From Octopus sinensis (lineage: Eukaryota): a DNA stretch of 64,000 nt. Below are positions 1-12,332 of the stretch, one piece after another. A model generated the notes under the pieces. The model made no database searches. It was given only the letters and a program-made list of their open reading frames with translations, and was not told where the DNA came from. Both the position numbers and the translations under genes were made by a program. Numbering within the stretch: position 1 is the first letter of the stretch; every line of letters begins with the position of its first letter. The stretch lies in NCBI RefSeq assembly GCF_006345805.1, contig NW_021835459.1, positions 6,553 through 70,552 on the forward strand, in the 5' to 3' direction.

Positions 1-929
1 TGTATATATATATACATTCATTCATACATACATATATCGAAGTGGTTATGCTGGTGGTGGTGGTGGTGGCGGTAGTGGTAGCGGTTGTGGTACTAGGCAG
101 TAATGATGTTAGTGGATGATAACAACACTACTACAAACTATAACAGTGAAGGACTTTTGTTGTCAATTTCACTGATTACAATGAAGAAGAAAAGAGAAGG
201 AGAATGAGAAAGAAAATACTTATAATGAAGTTGATAATCATTTTTTAAAAATTTATCTCATTTGTTTTTAATTTTATTGTTTTTTTCTCCATCTTTATTT
301 ATTTGTGTAATAAATATAGAATCACTTGCTGATTCTGTCACATATTATCTTCGACAGCTATAAATAGACCTGAGTCAAATATGCTTGTCCTTTGGTTCTT
401 ATATAAAATAAAAAAATTAATGCATATAAAACAAAAAAAACAAACAATACACAAAACAATGTGTATGTACTGCATGTATGGAGGACAGGTTGAAGTCTTC
501 TGCTTTCAGATATTTGGCAAAAGCAAAGACATAAAGACAAAAGACTGTGTTTGCCTCTATGTATGTATGTATGTATGTATGTATGTGTATGTATGTATGT
601 ATGTGCTTGTATGTATGTATGTATGTATGTATGTATGTATGTATGTATGTATGTGTGAGTTCGAGTCTCGTAGCCGGCCGCCAACACTTTTTTCTGCAAA
701 ATAGGGGTAGCTTATCCTATTCAGGCTATATTATTAGCATTATCCTGCGTTTGAGAATTTTAAATCACTTCTTGAACTTCCTAAGACATCTCAACGTTTC
801 TAAAGCAAACTTTGTTTATTTAAGTTCATTGTAATTTGAATTTAACACATGTATGTTATGTATGTATGTATGTATGTATGTATGTATGTATGTATGTATG
901 TATGCATAAAAAAGCAGAGAGAGATGACA

Positions 930-1790
930 TGCTTGTAGGACAGAGGGTGAAGCATTCCTGTGGCCAACTTTATCCCAAATAGTCTCACTTCTGGTACATC
1001 ACCCACTATACTACAGAGAGGCAATCCTAGCTATGTTAAAGATGATGTACTTTCACCAGAGGAGATCTTCAGAGATAGGGAAGTCTAGCATTTGGGGTGA
1101 CTGTGAAGGGCCTAGCTGAATGATGTTCATTTACAAAGGGGGTTGTAGTATGATGATGTTTTCTTGGTTTGAGTAATTCATGCATTTTTTTATATTCATT
1201 TTGCTGTTGAGGGTGACAAGATAGGGGTTGACCCCATTGTTGGATGCTTTCAAGATCTCTGTTCAAGGAATCAGTGAGTTTAGGAGTTGGAGTAGATAAA
1301 GGAGGAATAAAGAGGCGTATGATCTGCATAAGAGTGGCCTTGTTGGATAGCATAACAAGTAGGTATTGATACATAGAAAAAGAGAAGTTGGGGGAACAAA
1401 ACTAAAGCCTGGGGCACACCAGTGTTAATTAAGTGATTGACAGAAAGAACTCCATCAACACACGCATGATGGTGGGATGTGATAAAAAGCTAGCAATCCA
1501 AGAGATGAGAAATGGATGGCGCTTTTAGATAGGAAGTTTTCATTTATATGTCACATGTGATCAAAAGCTTCCCAAATGTCTAAGACAACTGTGTTGTTTT
1601 TCACCAAGTTTCTCTAAAGGATGAGAGCCTACTGGTAGATGTCATAGGAAAGCAAGAGCTTACTGGTGATGTTGTGTGTATGCATACGTTCTTGGGTATG
1701 AGATGTTTTGGCATGAGGTGTTTGTACCCCTATCCCAATTTGGCATCACTGATTTGATTCTGAGTTATTTGACATCAGATGTTTTAGTGT
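930..1790 (-). mobile_element. Decayed CR1/L2-like LINE, reverse transcriptase region
   Basis: Minus-strand translation across stops and frameshifts gives RT motifs VVLDIWEAFD (cf. LDISKAFD), INTGVPQALVL (cf. GVPQGSVL), a YADD-like site and LNRDLESIQQWG. Confidence 0.75.
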
Positions 1791-2190
1791 TTTTCTCATT
1801 TTCTCCTGCCTCACTTTCTCTCTGTTTATGTGTGTGTGCATATTTCATTTTATGCATATGAGGAGAGGCAAAGTGCTTATGTCAATTGTTTTCAACTTAT
1901 AAATTGTAAGTCTCTTGCTTCCCCTCTAACTCTATCACCCTCTATCCATATGTGTATATTATTGCATGTATGTACATATGTGTGTGTGTTTGTGTGTGTA
2001 TGTGTGTGTGTATGTGTTTGTCTTCCTCCAGCAGCAACTAGAACTATTGCTAAAACAGGGTGAATATACAGTCAGCCATGCCAAACTGTCAGTGCCCAAA
2101 CATCAGCGCCCAGTTGTCTCATTTTAGATTTTATCATATGCATGTATGTATATATGTATGTACACACACACACACAAACATTATATATAT

Positions 2191-2410
2191 ACTCTCAGAG
2201 TGATTGGCATTAGGAAGGGCATCCAGCCATAGAAACCATGCCAAAACAGACTGGAATCTGGTGCAGCCTTCCGGCTTGCTGGCTCAGGTCAAACCGTCCA
2301 GTTTATGTCAGCATGGACAACAGACGTTAAACGATGATAATGATGATGATGATAATGATGATGATGATGATGATGATGATAATGATGATGATGATGATGA
2401 TGATGATATA
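2191..2410 (+). mobile_element. RTE-tailed SINE-like element (family B), 3' part with (GAT/AAT)n tail
   Basis: gagtgattggcattaggaagggcatccagcc...catgg...acgttaaacgatgat matches the other family B copies in the window. Confidence 0.8.
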
Positions 2411-3525
2411 TATCATCAATGGATCATATATCCAAAAAAGAAGCACACTCTAATGGACAGAGTTGTAATGTATTTATATGCAGTTAAATATATATCCAGT
2501 CATAGAGTGACCAATGGTTTTGCATCCTTTAACCCTTTAACATTCAGATTTCTTGGTCAAATGTAATTCTTATTTATTCACATTGCTTTGAATTGATCAT
2601 GCATCATCTTGTAGTTTCAAAATTTCAATAGTGTTTGTATATTTTTAGAATGATATTGTAGGGTGGGTATGAGAGGTTGGATATGGTCAGTTTTAGCATA
2701 AAATGAGTAGAATATTTGGGTCAGATATGGCTGTATTAAATGCTAATGCGTTAAGCAATGCAGTTTCACTCACAAAGTAAAAGATGTTTGCTTAAAATGC
2801 CACAAAGTGGAATTGAACCCACAAGTTCAAGTCTACAAAGAGGATATAACAACACTGGTGGATGGCTTTGCTGGTTGCTCCACAAATAAATTTATAAAGT
2901 TATTATTGTTCATTTATCTCATTTATCTTTGAAACAAACAAAAAAAGAGCAAAGAAAAAGAACAAACAGAAAAGCAATGAAAACAAACAATGAAATAATA
3001 TAAAATAAAAAAAAACAATTGATAAGATAAAATAAAGATAGATTTTTGTTCCAAATATAGCAACCTGCTACTATTTAATAAATACTAATTATATCTAGGT
3101 TAAAGCATGCAGTAATTATGTTAATTATATCAATAATAATATATCTGCTATAATTTGTATTAAACATTAAAATTACAAACCAATAAGGGAGCGTCTGTTT
3201 GATTGTTTCACCAGGTTAGAATGTTGGTCAAATCTCCTTTAAATGACATCTTTAGATCTCATCATACGTTTTCGGTCATGTGTGCATGTGTGTGGGTCGG
3301 TGGTCCAAACCATCCCAGCATGGGGAAAGCGGATGTAAAAATGAGGATGCAAAATATATATTATCTATTTAGCTATCTAAGTATATACATACAGGTACAT
3401 ATACATATAATATACATTATACACATATGCACACACACACACACACTCACACACATATATGTGTATAAATATATATGTATATATATATGAATATATGCAT
3501 ATATATGTATATATATGTATGTGTA

Positions 3526-3564
<39 letters not shown>

Positions 3565-3686
3565 GTATGAGGCCTGCTCGCTTAGCCAGCGGGGTGGCGT
3601 CATTCAAAGGCTAAAACAATGCGAATGCATTGTGACCAGCGATGTGTAACAACATCTGATGGTCTGGTTGGTCACGTGATCACGTG

Positions 3687-3721
<35 letters not shown>

Positions 3722-3727
3722 TGTATA

Positions 3728-4700
3728 TACTAGCTGACATACCTGGTAATCCCCGGGAAAGCAGGGCTTATCCCTTGGTTCTGTTCTTATAATTGTTTTG
3801 CTAATCCAAAGTATCATCATCATCATTTAACGTCCGCTTTCCATGGGTTGGATGATTTTGACTGAGGGCTGGTGAATCAGATGGCTGCATCAGGCTCCAA
3901 TCTTGATTTGGCAGAGTTTCTACAGCTTGATGCCCTTCCTAATGCCAACCACTCCAAGAGCGTAGTGGGTGCTTTTTACATGCCACTGGCACGGGGGCCA
4001 GCCAGGTGGTACTGGCAACAACCTCGCTCGAATCTTTGTACACATGCCACCAGTACAGGTGCCAGTAAGGTGACATTGGTAATGATCACGCTTGAATGGT
4101 GCCTTTTATGTGTCACTGGCATGGAAGCCGGTTAGCCGCTCTGTCAGCGATCACACTCATATGGTGCACTTTGCACCCCGCTAGTACAGATGCCAGTCAT
4201 CGAATGTGATTTTGATTTTTGTAGCCCTTAAAACAGTTTTTGTGCATTTATTGACAATAGTAGAATATTTGGGTCAGATATGGATGTATTAAATGCTAAT
4301 GGATTAAACAATGCAATGTCACTCACAAAGTAAAAGATGTTTGCTTAAAATGCCACAAAGTGGAATTGAACCCAGAAGTTCATGTCTGCAAAGACCCTGA
4401 AAAGGACTTTAATACGTTCCCAGAGTATATAGAACTTAGGAGGAAATACTAATAAGGTATGTGTACTAAAGTTGTGAAGCATGTTACATAATAACAGACT
4501 AATAAGATATGTGATAATAACAATTCAAAGTAAATAACTCTGGGAAAAGCTTTTGCGAGTTTGCAGAGAATATTACCCCCTACGGTGCTAGTGTTGGTAT
4601 ATCTGTTAATAAGTCACTCACTGAAATAAGTGGATCTATTGTTTAGGAAAATACCATTTAATTGTTTCGCAATTTATCCAGTAGAACACTTTTGAAAATA
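3728..4700 (+). mobile_element. Non-autonomous Helitron-like element, interrupted by a SINE and by filler DNA
   Basis: Starts tactagctgac..cccggg. Segments 3728-3805, 4221-4255 and 4395-4700 align with the reverse complement of 61990-62586. The Helitron class is inferred from the terminus only. Confidence 0.55.
3806..4215 (-). mobile_element. Family B RTE-tailed SINE-like element
   Basis: (CAT)n ttaacgtccgctttccatgg...gatgcccttcctaatgccaaccactcc; inserted inside the Helitron-like element. Confidence 0.8.
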
Positions 4701-5469
4701 GGTTGAAAATATGTGGAAAACTTATACAAAAAATGGAAGAGACATGCCTTCGTTTCACATAGTTTAATATCTTTTTATTAAAAATATTCTTTTATATATA
4801 TACATATTTTATGGATGTTGGATCGGCAAAAGAGGTTGATAGAATAAGTACTAGGCTTACAAAGAATAAGTCCTGGGGTCATTTTGCTCAACTAAAGGCC
4901 ACAGTCAAATGACTGAAACAAGTAAAATAGTAAAAAGTGTAATATCCTATATAAGGCTGATTTGGTGATAAACTACAACAACAACCTCTTCTTTGATGTC
5001 CTTGTGTTTAAATGGGTTATATGAATCATTGTCACACCTTATCTATCAAAAAACACCTACAACACAGCACAGAAAGTTAGTGTACTATCTCATAACAATA
5101 TCTGTTACCCTACAGTTATAGCTTGCAACTTTCCACAACAGTTGTTAGATGCATGTGGGCATATCCAGAGCTGTAGCTATCAATTATGAGAGTGAACATG
5201 TGACATATTTGTGAAGACGTAAATTGACATGTGTATGTGTATGTATGTACATGGAAACAGGTGAGGATTGGTAACAAGATTAGCATCTGGTTGTAGAAAT
5301 TCTGACTGGATGGATTCCATCCAACCCATGCAAAAATGGAAATAGCTACTAAACGATGATGATGATAATGATAGTAATAATTTCATACATACATACATAT
5401 ATAAGTAAACACAAAAATGCAAAACAAGTTGAAAATAAAAGCACTTGTATAAAAAAAGGTAGACCAAAA

Positions 5470-5585
5470 TACTATTTTATTAAAGCTGAAAATGACTTCA
5501 CAACTAGTCGTTCAGAATTTCATGAATGGTCGTGTGGAACTCTGAATAACAGTCTGTGAAGGTTTTCAGCTTTAATAAAATAGTA
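5470..5585. mobile_element. 116-bp MITE
   Basis: Perfect 23-bp terminal inverted repeats: tactattttattaaagctgaaaa / ttttcagctttaataaaatagta. Confidence 0.7.
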
Positions 5586-6137
5586 TATTATATATATGAT
5601 GTGCACAGTATTATATATTCATTAAAGCCAATCTTACTGATCGGTTTCACACTAAGAGTTCAATGGAGTGTTAGGTAACAGTCCAATTATGTAATCCATT
5701 ACTCTTCAAAGATGGTAGTTATAGAATGAAATATGATGACAGCTCTCTATTGTTGAAGGTGAACAGACACATCTGGTTTGTGGTTGCTGTGAAAAATATG
5801 ATGAAATGAACTGAGCGAGGGTTAATTTGAGAGTAATATTTCTTGGTACTAAAGACTCTATTTCTGGGGCAAGTTGGCAAGAGTTTTCAGGAAAAGTGTT
5901 TATGGGAAACATGTATATCTTTAAAGTTGGTGCTCTTGTAGAAATGGAATGTGTGCAGTGGTGTGGTACTATATGTATAGCATTTGTGGGGTTGGGGGTT
6001 TCAAAGGCCACATACATATCTGTTTGTTAGTGTGTTTTCTTTCTTTTATGTTTTGGTTAAATTCTTGGGGTGTTCATGTATACATGCAGTGTGTGTGGGC
6101 TTATATTGGGGTGAGGTGGAAAATGGTCATCATGTTA

Positions 6138-6359
6138 CACGAGGGGGGTGCTGAAAAGTTCCTGGTTTTAAGGCTATCATGAAGGGCCTGGTTGGTCACC
6201 CAACCTTCTGAGTTCTTTTACAGAGCTTAGAAAACTGAAGGGCCGCTGCAATAAGTTTGTGAATCTGAGAGGGGAATAAGTTGAATAAAATCATAATTAA
6301 CCTTATCTTTCTGTATTTTCTTTTACCTAAAGCCAGGAACTTTTCAGTAACCCCTTGAA
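6138..6359 (+). mobile_element. Mariner-derived MITE
   Basis: TIRs cacgagggggg-tgctgaaaagttcctgg / ccaggaacttttcagtaaccccttg. Inside is a residual transposase C-terminus (EGRCNKFVNLRGE, cf. mariner RWNKC...GDYVE). Confidence 0.75.
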
Positions 6360-6390
6360 TGTGTGTGTGTATACATACATTCATACATTC

Positions 6391-6426
<36 letters not shown>

Positions 6427-6427
6427 G

Positions 6428-6965
6428 TATCATCATCATCATCATCATCTAGGCTATAGGTTTTCCGTGCTAGCACGGGTTGGACGGTTTGACCAGGGTC
6501 TGGGAAGCCAGGAGGCTGCACCAAGTGCCAGTCTGATCTGGCAGTGTTTCTACAGCTGGACACCCTTCCTTATGCCAACCACTTCATGAGTGTAGTGGGT
6601 GCTTTTTACGTGCCACCGGCACAGAAGCCAGTCAAGGCAGCACTGGCATCAGCCACATTTGGTTGGTGCTTTTTACATGCCACCGGCACAGGTATCACAA
6701 CTACAATTTCCATTTGATATTTATTTTGATGTTGATGTACTTGACTCAATAGGTCTCCTCAAGCACAGCAGGTCACCCTATGATCCAAGGTAAGCACATC
6801 AGGTTGTTCTGCAATCCAAGGTACTTTGGATGGGCTAGGGCTATGTGAAACTGGTGCAGGAAACAGCCATGAACTCACATTATTTGTCAGGTCTTCGCAG
6901 TCACAGCATATCTCCAGACATCTTGGTCTTTCATCATTGCCTCTGTGAGGCCCAACTTGTGTCTG
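6428..6965 (-). mobile_element. Long family B element with RTE LINE 3' sequence
   Basis: (CAT)n tail, family B body, and an RTE C-terminal remnant (LGLTEAMMKDQDVWRYAVTAKT) at the far end. Confidence 0.75.
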
Positions 6966-7304
6966 TATTTGTCCCTCCAACAATGCTTGACAACTGATGC
7001 AGGTGTGTCTGTTGGTATGTATGTATATATATATGTGTGTGTATGTGTATATGTATGTATGTATTTAGGTCCCGAAATACTGGACAGATAAAAATACAAC
7101 AGCAACAACAATAAAAAAAAACAAAAAGATTACCAGATAATTTTTAATTTTCATTGCCTCATTTTACAGTTCTTTTTGAATTGTTTAGCCTTCTGTCTTT
7201 CAATGTTATAAACATATATATATATATAAATATATATTAATAGTAATGGTAAGACAACAAAAGAATTAAAGAGACCTCAGTATTTTGTAAATAGAGGAAT
7301 TTAA

Positions 7305-7468
7305 TTGTAATATAATATGTGACAATTATTCGGTTGCCATAATAAAATTCTGAGTTAGCATATTTTAATTGCCTCGATAACTGAAGAGATGCTGGTGCAG
7401 GTTTCTGCCCCGACATCCGGAACTTGGAGTTTTATAAAGGCAACTGAATAATTGTCACATACTATATT

Positions 7469-7472
<4 letters not shown>
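7305..7472. mobile_element. Inverted-repeat element (34-bp arms) enclosing a hammerhead-like motif; possibly Penelope-like-element derived
   Basis: Arms 7305-7338 and 7439-7472 match at 32/34 positions; see the hammerhead feature at 7377-7435. Confidence 0.55.
7377..7435 (+). ncRNA. Decayed type-I hammerhead ribozyme-like motif
   Basis: Stem I ATAA/TTAT, core CTGAAGA, stem II GATG...CATC, then an extra C and GGAAC (A13G), stem III ACT-tgg-AGT, triplet GTT. Confidence 0.5.
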
Positions 7473-7513
<41 letters not shown>

Positions 7514-7515
<2 letters not shown>

Positions 7516-7693
7516 CATAGGAGTGGCTGTGTAGTAAGTAGCTTCCTTATGAACCGCATGGTTCCAGGATCAGTCCCACTGCATGGCACCTTGGGCAGGT
7601 GTCTTCTACTATAGCCTTGGGCTAACCAAAGCCTTGGGCTAACCAAAGCCTTGTGAGTGAATTTGGTGGACAGGAACTGAAAGCAGCCCATCG

Positions 7694-7727
<34 letters not shown>

Positions 7728-8044
7728 TGTATGTATGGGGTCGATTTACTCGACTAAAGGCTGTGCTCCAGCATGGCCACAGTCAAATGACTGAAACAAG
7801 TAATAGAGTAAAAGAGTATATATATATATATATTATATATATATATATAATATATATATATATAGGCATAGGAGTGGCTGTGTAGTAAGTAGCTTCCTTA
7901 TGAACCGCATGGTTCCAGGATCAGTCCCACTGCATGGCACCTTGGGCAGGTGTCTTCTACTATAGCCTTGGGCTAACCAAAGCCTTGGGCTAACCAAAGC
8001 CTTGTGAGTGAATTTGGTGGACAGGAACTGAAAGCAGCCCATCG

Positions 8045-8078
<34 letters not shown>

Positions 8079-8167
8079 TGTATGTATGGGGTCGATTTAC
8101 TCGACTAAAGGCTGTGCTCCAGCATGGCCACAGTCAAATGACTGAAACAAGTAATAGAGTAAAAGAG

Positions 8168-8168
<1 letters not shown>
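7514..8168 (+). mobile_element. Two tandem identical copies (351-bp period) of an internally shortened family A tRNA-derived SINE
   Basis: ggcataggagtggctgtgtagtaag... starts at 7514 and 7865. Both copies share an internal gccttgggctaaccaaa duplication and the same (TATG)n length. Confidence 0.9.
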
Positions 8169-8199
<31 letters not shown>

Positions 8200-8960
8200 C
8201 ACACACACATAACATATATATTCATACACACAGTCACACACACATTGTTGTATATATGTATATATATATATATATATGCCAATGACAAGAAATAGTCATT
8301 TATACTCTATCAACATGACAAAGACCAAGATGGCGGCATGCTGTGCTGAATTGACATCTGCATTTTGTCCAAACACCCAAAGGACATATCACTTAGACAA
8401 ATACAAAAGTACATCCTCATAAATGAAACATTACGCATACTAAATAAGAAATGTGCGTAGGCGGTAGAGATACCTCAATGTGGTGGGTGCCACCTATGCA
8501 TCATACTTACATAGGTACACTTGTAAGTAGGCAGTCAAGTAGGTAAATTGGTATGTGGGTAGATAAGTAGATAGGTGTTTAGATTGTTAGGTTAGATACA
8601 TAGATTGTTAGGTAATTAGTTAGCTAATTATGTAGGTTGGTAGATCAGTGGGGAAACAGGCAAGTAAATAGGTAGGTAGCTTGGTAGGTAAGAATGTAGG
8701 TAGGTAGATATATAGGTAGGTAGGTAAGTAAGTAGTCAAATAGGTAGTACAGACGGTCACGCACATACACACACACACACACAAGGAGACAGGAACATAT
8801 GACCATACACACACACACACACATGTGCACACACACACGTGCACACCATGCACATGCTCAAGCATAAAGCACATGGGCTCACACACATACATGCACAGAC
8901 ACACACACTCTATGCATACACACATACATGCAGTGTGTGTGTTAATAATACAGGCATAAT

Positions 8961-8997
<37 letters not shown>

Positions 8998-9584
8998 ATA
9001 TATGCACAGAAAGTACACATAAAAATTAAAATAATCACCAGATAAAATATTTTTGCAAACAAAATTATTTTCCTCGAGATATTATTAATATGAAATGTGT
9101 TTCATATATTTACAATCTGATGGGGGGTTTTATTTCTAATGTTTAGATGCTCAAAGCTTATAGTGTGAAGATAAATACTTGGAGAAGTTCTTTGTTGATT
9201 TCATTTGACTTTTTAAATTTTTGTTTTGCTCCAGGTTAAGTATCCAAGCCAAAGCTTTTCTTTAATCACCATGTAAAATGGAAATAGCATACAATATTTG
9301 GCATTATAGTAGATTTAACAGAGCCATGTGTTATTTGGTTACAAACCTTAGGGGCAAACTTATTAGTGCTGTATTTTACTTCTTGTAAATTCACAAGGCT
9401 ATGAATGAATCTTGAAGTAATTACGATTGTTGTATTGTTTTTTCTTTTTCTCTTTCTATTTTTTTTTTTATTTAATATTCAGATTTTAACTTGTCTTGGC
9501 ATGATTATGTTTTGCTAGCAGCCAACTAGTACAGGAGTGGAAAAACAGATATGGTTCTTTGCAAAAAAGAAAGATGATGATGAT

Positions 9585-9598
9585 GATGATGACAACAC

Positions 9599-9695
<97 letters not shown>

Positions 9696-9712
9696 ATGAT
9701 GAAGAAGAAGAA
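9585..9712. repeat. Compound (GAT)n(AAT)n(AAG)n microsatellite
   Basis: Directly visible. Confidence 0.95.
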
Positions 9713-10261
9713 GCACAAACTGATGAGTCAACAAAAAGAAAAACTGAAAGAAAAGACTAAAAGAAGCGTCTGATTGTTAAGAATTTTTCTGCTTTGTTAG
9801 GCAAATATGTTTTTCTTAAGGCAGAAAAAAAGAAGCTCAATCAGCCCTCTTCTGAACTAAACAGAGCAAAAGACCAAAACAGACTTGATATCTCACCAAT
9901 CTCCTATGTACTTCAACACCACATAAATATCCTGCAGTTTTTTTTTTTTTCTTTCTATTTTCTACTTAATTGTATTTACTGAGCGAAAGTTTGTTATTAA
10001 TTATTCAGAAACTTTAGAATTTTGGTGTAGGATATCATCCCCACAGTTTGTTTTTATTTTAAACGCACTAATGTTATGTTAAGCTGACTGATATGCATAT
10101 GGTATCTTTCAAAACGAGGAATCATATCAGAATTTCAACTAATATAGCCAATCCTATTTTGTTATTTGAAGACTCTGTGAGGCTCTTGTACTGTCTCTGT
10201 AAATAGAGCACCAAATATCTTGGTTCATGGGAAGTTAGTTTGTATCCTTGATGTACAACTC

Positions 10262-10525
10262 ATTATGTTGTTGTTACTTTTATCATTATTGTTGTTGTTG
10301 TTGTTGTTGTTGCTACTTCTGCTACTGTGACTGCTGTTGTTGCTGTTACCAGCATTGTTGCTATTTTTATTCTTGTTGTTGTTTTTATTGTTGCCACTAT
10401 TGCTGTTGTGGCTGTTTTTGCTGCCAGTCCTGTTGCTCTTATTGTTGTTCTTGCTACTACTGCTGCTGTTGTTGTTGTTATTGTAAGTCATTGTTGTTGT
10501 TGTTATTGTTGTTGTTGTTATTGTT
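10262..10525. repeat. Compound (TGT/TGC)n microsatellite
   Basis: Directly visible. Confidence 0.9.
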
Positions 10526-10767
10526 CAATAACCCAAGTCAATTATGTCCCATATAAGGGCAGCAAGCTTGCAGAATCATTAGCATGCTGGGCAAAATGCT
10601 TAGCAGCATTTCATCCATCTTCACATTCTGAGTTCAAATTCCAGTGAGCTCAGCTTTGCCTTTCGTCCTTTCAGGGTTGCTAAAATCGACTTGCACCCTC
10701 TCCCAAAATTCCTGGCCTTGTGCCAAAATTTAAAACCAGTCAGGTCTCAGCTAGCATTTAGCATGTG

Positions 10768-11010
10768 AAGGTGCATGGTCCAGTGGTTAGAGTGTTGCAT
10801 CCACAATCATAAAATCGTGGTTTCAATTCCTGGACTGGGTGATGCATTGTGTTCTTGAGCAAAACACTTCATTTCACAATTGCTTCGATTCACTCGGCTG
10901 TAAAAGAGTCCCAGCAGGGATGTTAAATCTGTGATCGACCAGCATCCTGTTAAAGTGATGGGCTGTAATCTCGGTTACTTTTATGTCATGGAAACCAACT
11001 TAAGCTCTGG
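10768..11010 (+). mobile_element. Family D tRNA-derived SINE, decayed
   Basis: A-box-like tggtccagtggttag, B-box-like ggtttcaattcc, body gttcttgagcaaaacacttc; homologous to 42134-42378. Confidence 0.7.
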
Positions 11011-11061
11011 CCATATGAGATCTAGGATTCATGACAAACCTAAGTAAGCATTTAGTAAGAA

Positions 11062-11294
11062 AAGGCAGCGAGCTGGCAGAAACGTTAGCACACTGGATGG
11101 AATGCTTTGCGGTATTTCGTCTGCTGCTACGTTCTGAGTTCAAATTCCACCGAGGTTGACTTTGCCTTTCATCCTCTCAGGGTCGATTAAATAAGTACCA
11201 GTTATGCACTGGGGTCGATATAATCGACTTAATCCATTTGTCTGTCCAGGTTTGTCTCCTCTGTGTGTAGCCCCTTGTGGGCAGTAAAGAAATA
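11062..11294 (+). mobile_element. Family C SINE, full length
   Basis: ggcagcgagctggcagaaacgttagc...gttctgagttcaaattcc...tttgcctttcatcc...ggggtcgat...aaagaaata. Confidence 0.85.
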
Positions 11295-11845
11295 AACTAT
11301 CTCATCAAAACTTTGGAGAAACTATCCATAAGTTCAATACCATAAATATACAATGCTTCAGCTTGGTCTGGATCCATGCTGTATGATACCATCTAGTATT
11401 CAGCTGTGTGTGTGTGTGGTTGTGATGTGAGAGGTACTCAGAACTGGTCATGTCTATGATGCCACAAGGTAGCAAGTGTTCTGTGCTATTTCTAAACCAG
11501 TACAATACAATTGTTAAATAGCATCTCAGCACAAATTAATTCTTACAAAGCCTGCCAGCTATTTGCGACATCAGTGAGTGAAGAGACACTATTTTTCTAT
11601 ATATCAGTGGCTAGTACACGGTGAATAGATGCCTGCTGCTGGTGAAGCACAAACATGCTGAAATCATGCAATCTAGCAGTTCCACCACTGGTGCTGGCAG
11701 ATTTCTTATCTGCTACTGATATGTCTGTGCTTCTTTGTACTAAACATCTTCATGAGAAAATTTCTCAAGGTGAATACTGCAGTATTACAGTGTTCTGGTG
11801 ATACATCTGTGATAAGTAGGATTTAAAGATCAACATTTATAGTCA

Positions 11846-11996
11846 CAGACGTGGCTGTATGGTTAGAAGTTTGCTTCCCAGCCACATGGTTCTGGGTTCA
11901 GTCCCACTGCATGACACCTTGGGCAGGTGTCTTCTACTATAGCCTCAAGCCAACCAAAGCCTTTCAACTAGATTTGTTAGATGGGAACTGAATGAA
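11846..11996 (+). mobile_element. Family A SINE, 5' part
   Basis: gtggctgtatggttagaagtttgcttcc...ggttcagtcccactgc...gtgtcttctactatagcc. Confidence 0.75.
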
Positions 11997-12010
11997 GTGC
12001 ATTATATATA

Positions 12011-12100
12011 TCACGTGACCACACGCCCGGTCTGGGAATCGAAACCGCGATCCTACGACCGCGAGTCCGCTGCCCTAACCACTGGGCCATTACGCCTCCA
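12011..12100 (-). mobile_element. 90-bp mini-SINE: tRNA(Arg)-like head joined directly to the family D 3' end
   Basis: Reverse complement has A box TGGCCCAGTGG, a TCG anticodon-like loop, B box GGTTTCGATTCC, then ggtcacgtga. An 11-bp TSD cattatatata lies at 12000-12010 and 12101-12111. Confidence 0.8.
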
Positions 12101-12101
12101 C

Positions 12102-12137
<36 letters not shown>

Positions 12138-12297
12138 AATGTAAAAAAATACAAACTGGGACAAGAACGTGAAACATTTAAAAGACGATACAAAAAACAC
12201 GGACGGGACATTCGAAGCCTTCAATCTTCAGTCAAGAACCGGATCATCTTCGCAATTTCGGCTATATATATATACATACATACATACATACATATAT

Positions 12298-12332
<35 letters not shown>

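Noticed and set aside
2021-2116. Possible exon QQLELLLKQGEYTVSHAKLSVPKHQRPVVSF-stop
   Set aside because: Acceptor plausible, but no linked exon or recognisable homology.
9720-9775. CTGATGA-GTC...GAC hammerhead-like string
   Set aside because: GAAA is replaced by TAAA, and stems I and III do not pair; a chance match next to a microsatellite.
11300-11830. Possible integrase or transposase remnant (MDPDQAEAL...MDSFSK)
   Set aside because: Motif order is inconsistent with any family I could align by eye; left unassigned.
12011-12100. tRNA-Arg gene
   Set aside because: It has A and B boxes but no proper acceptor stem, ends in a SINE tail and has a TSD.
12150-12270. Minus-strand ctgaaga...cgaatgtc motif in a short repeat
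   Set aside because: No valid stem I or II geometry could be drawn, so it is not counted as a hammerhead.
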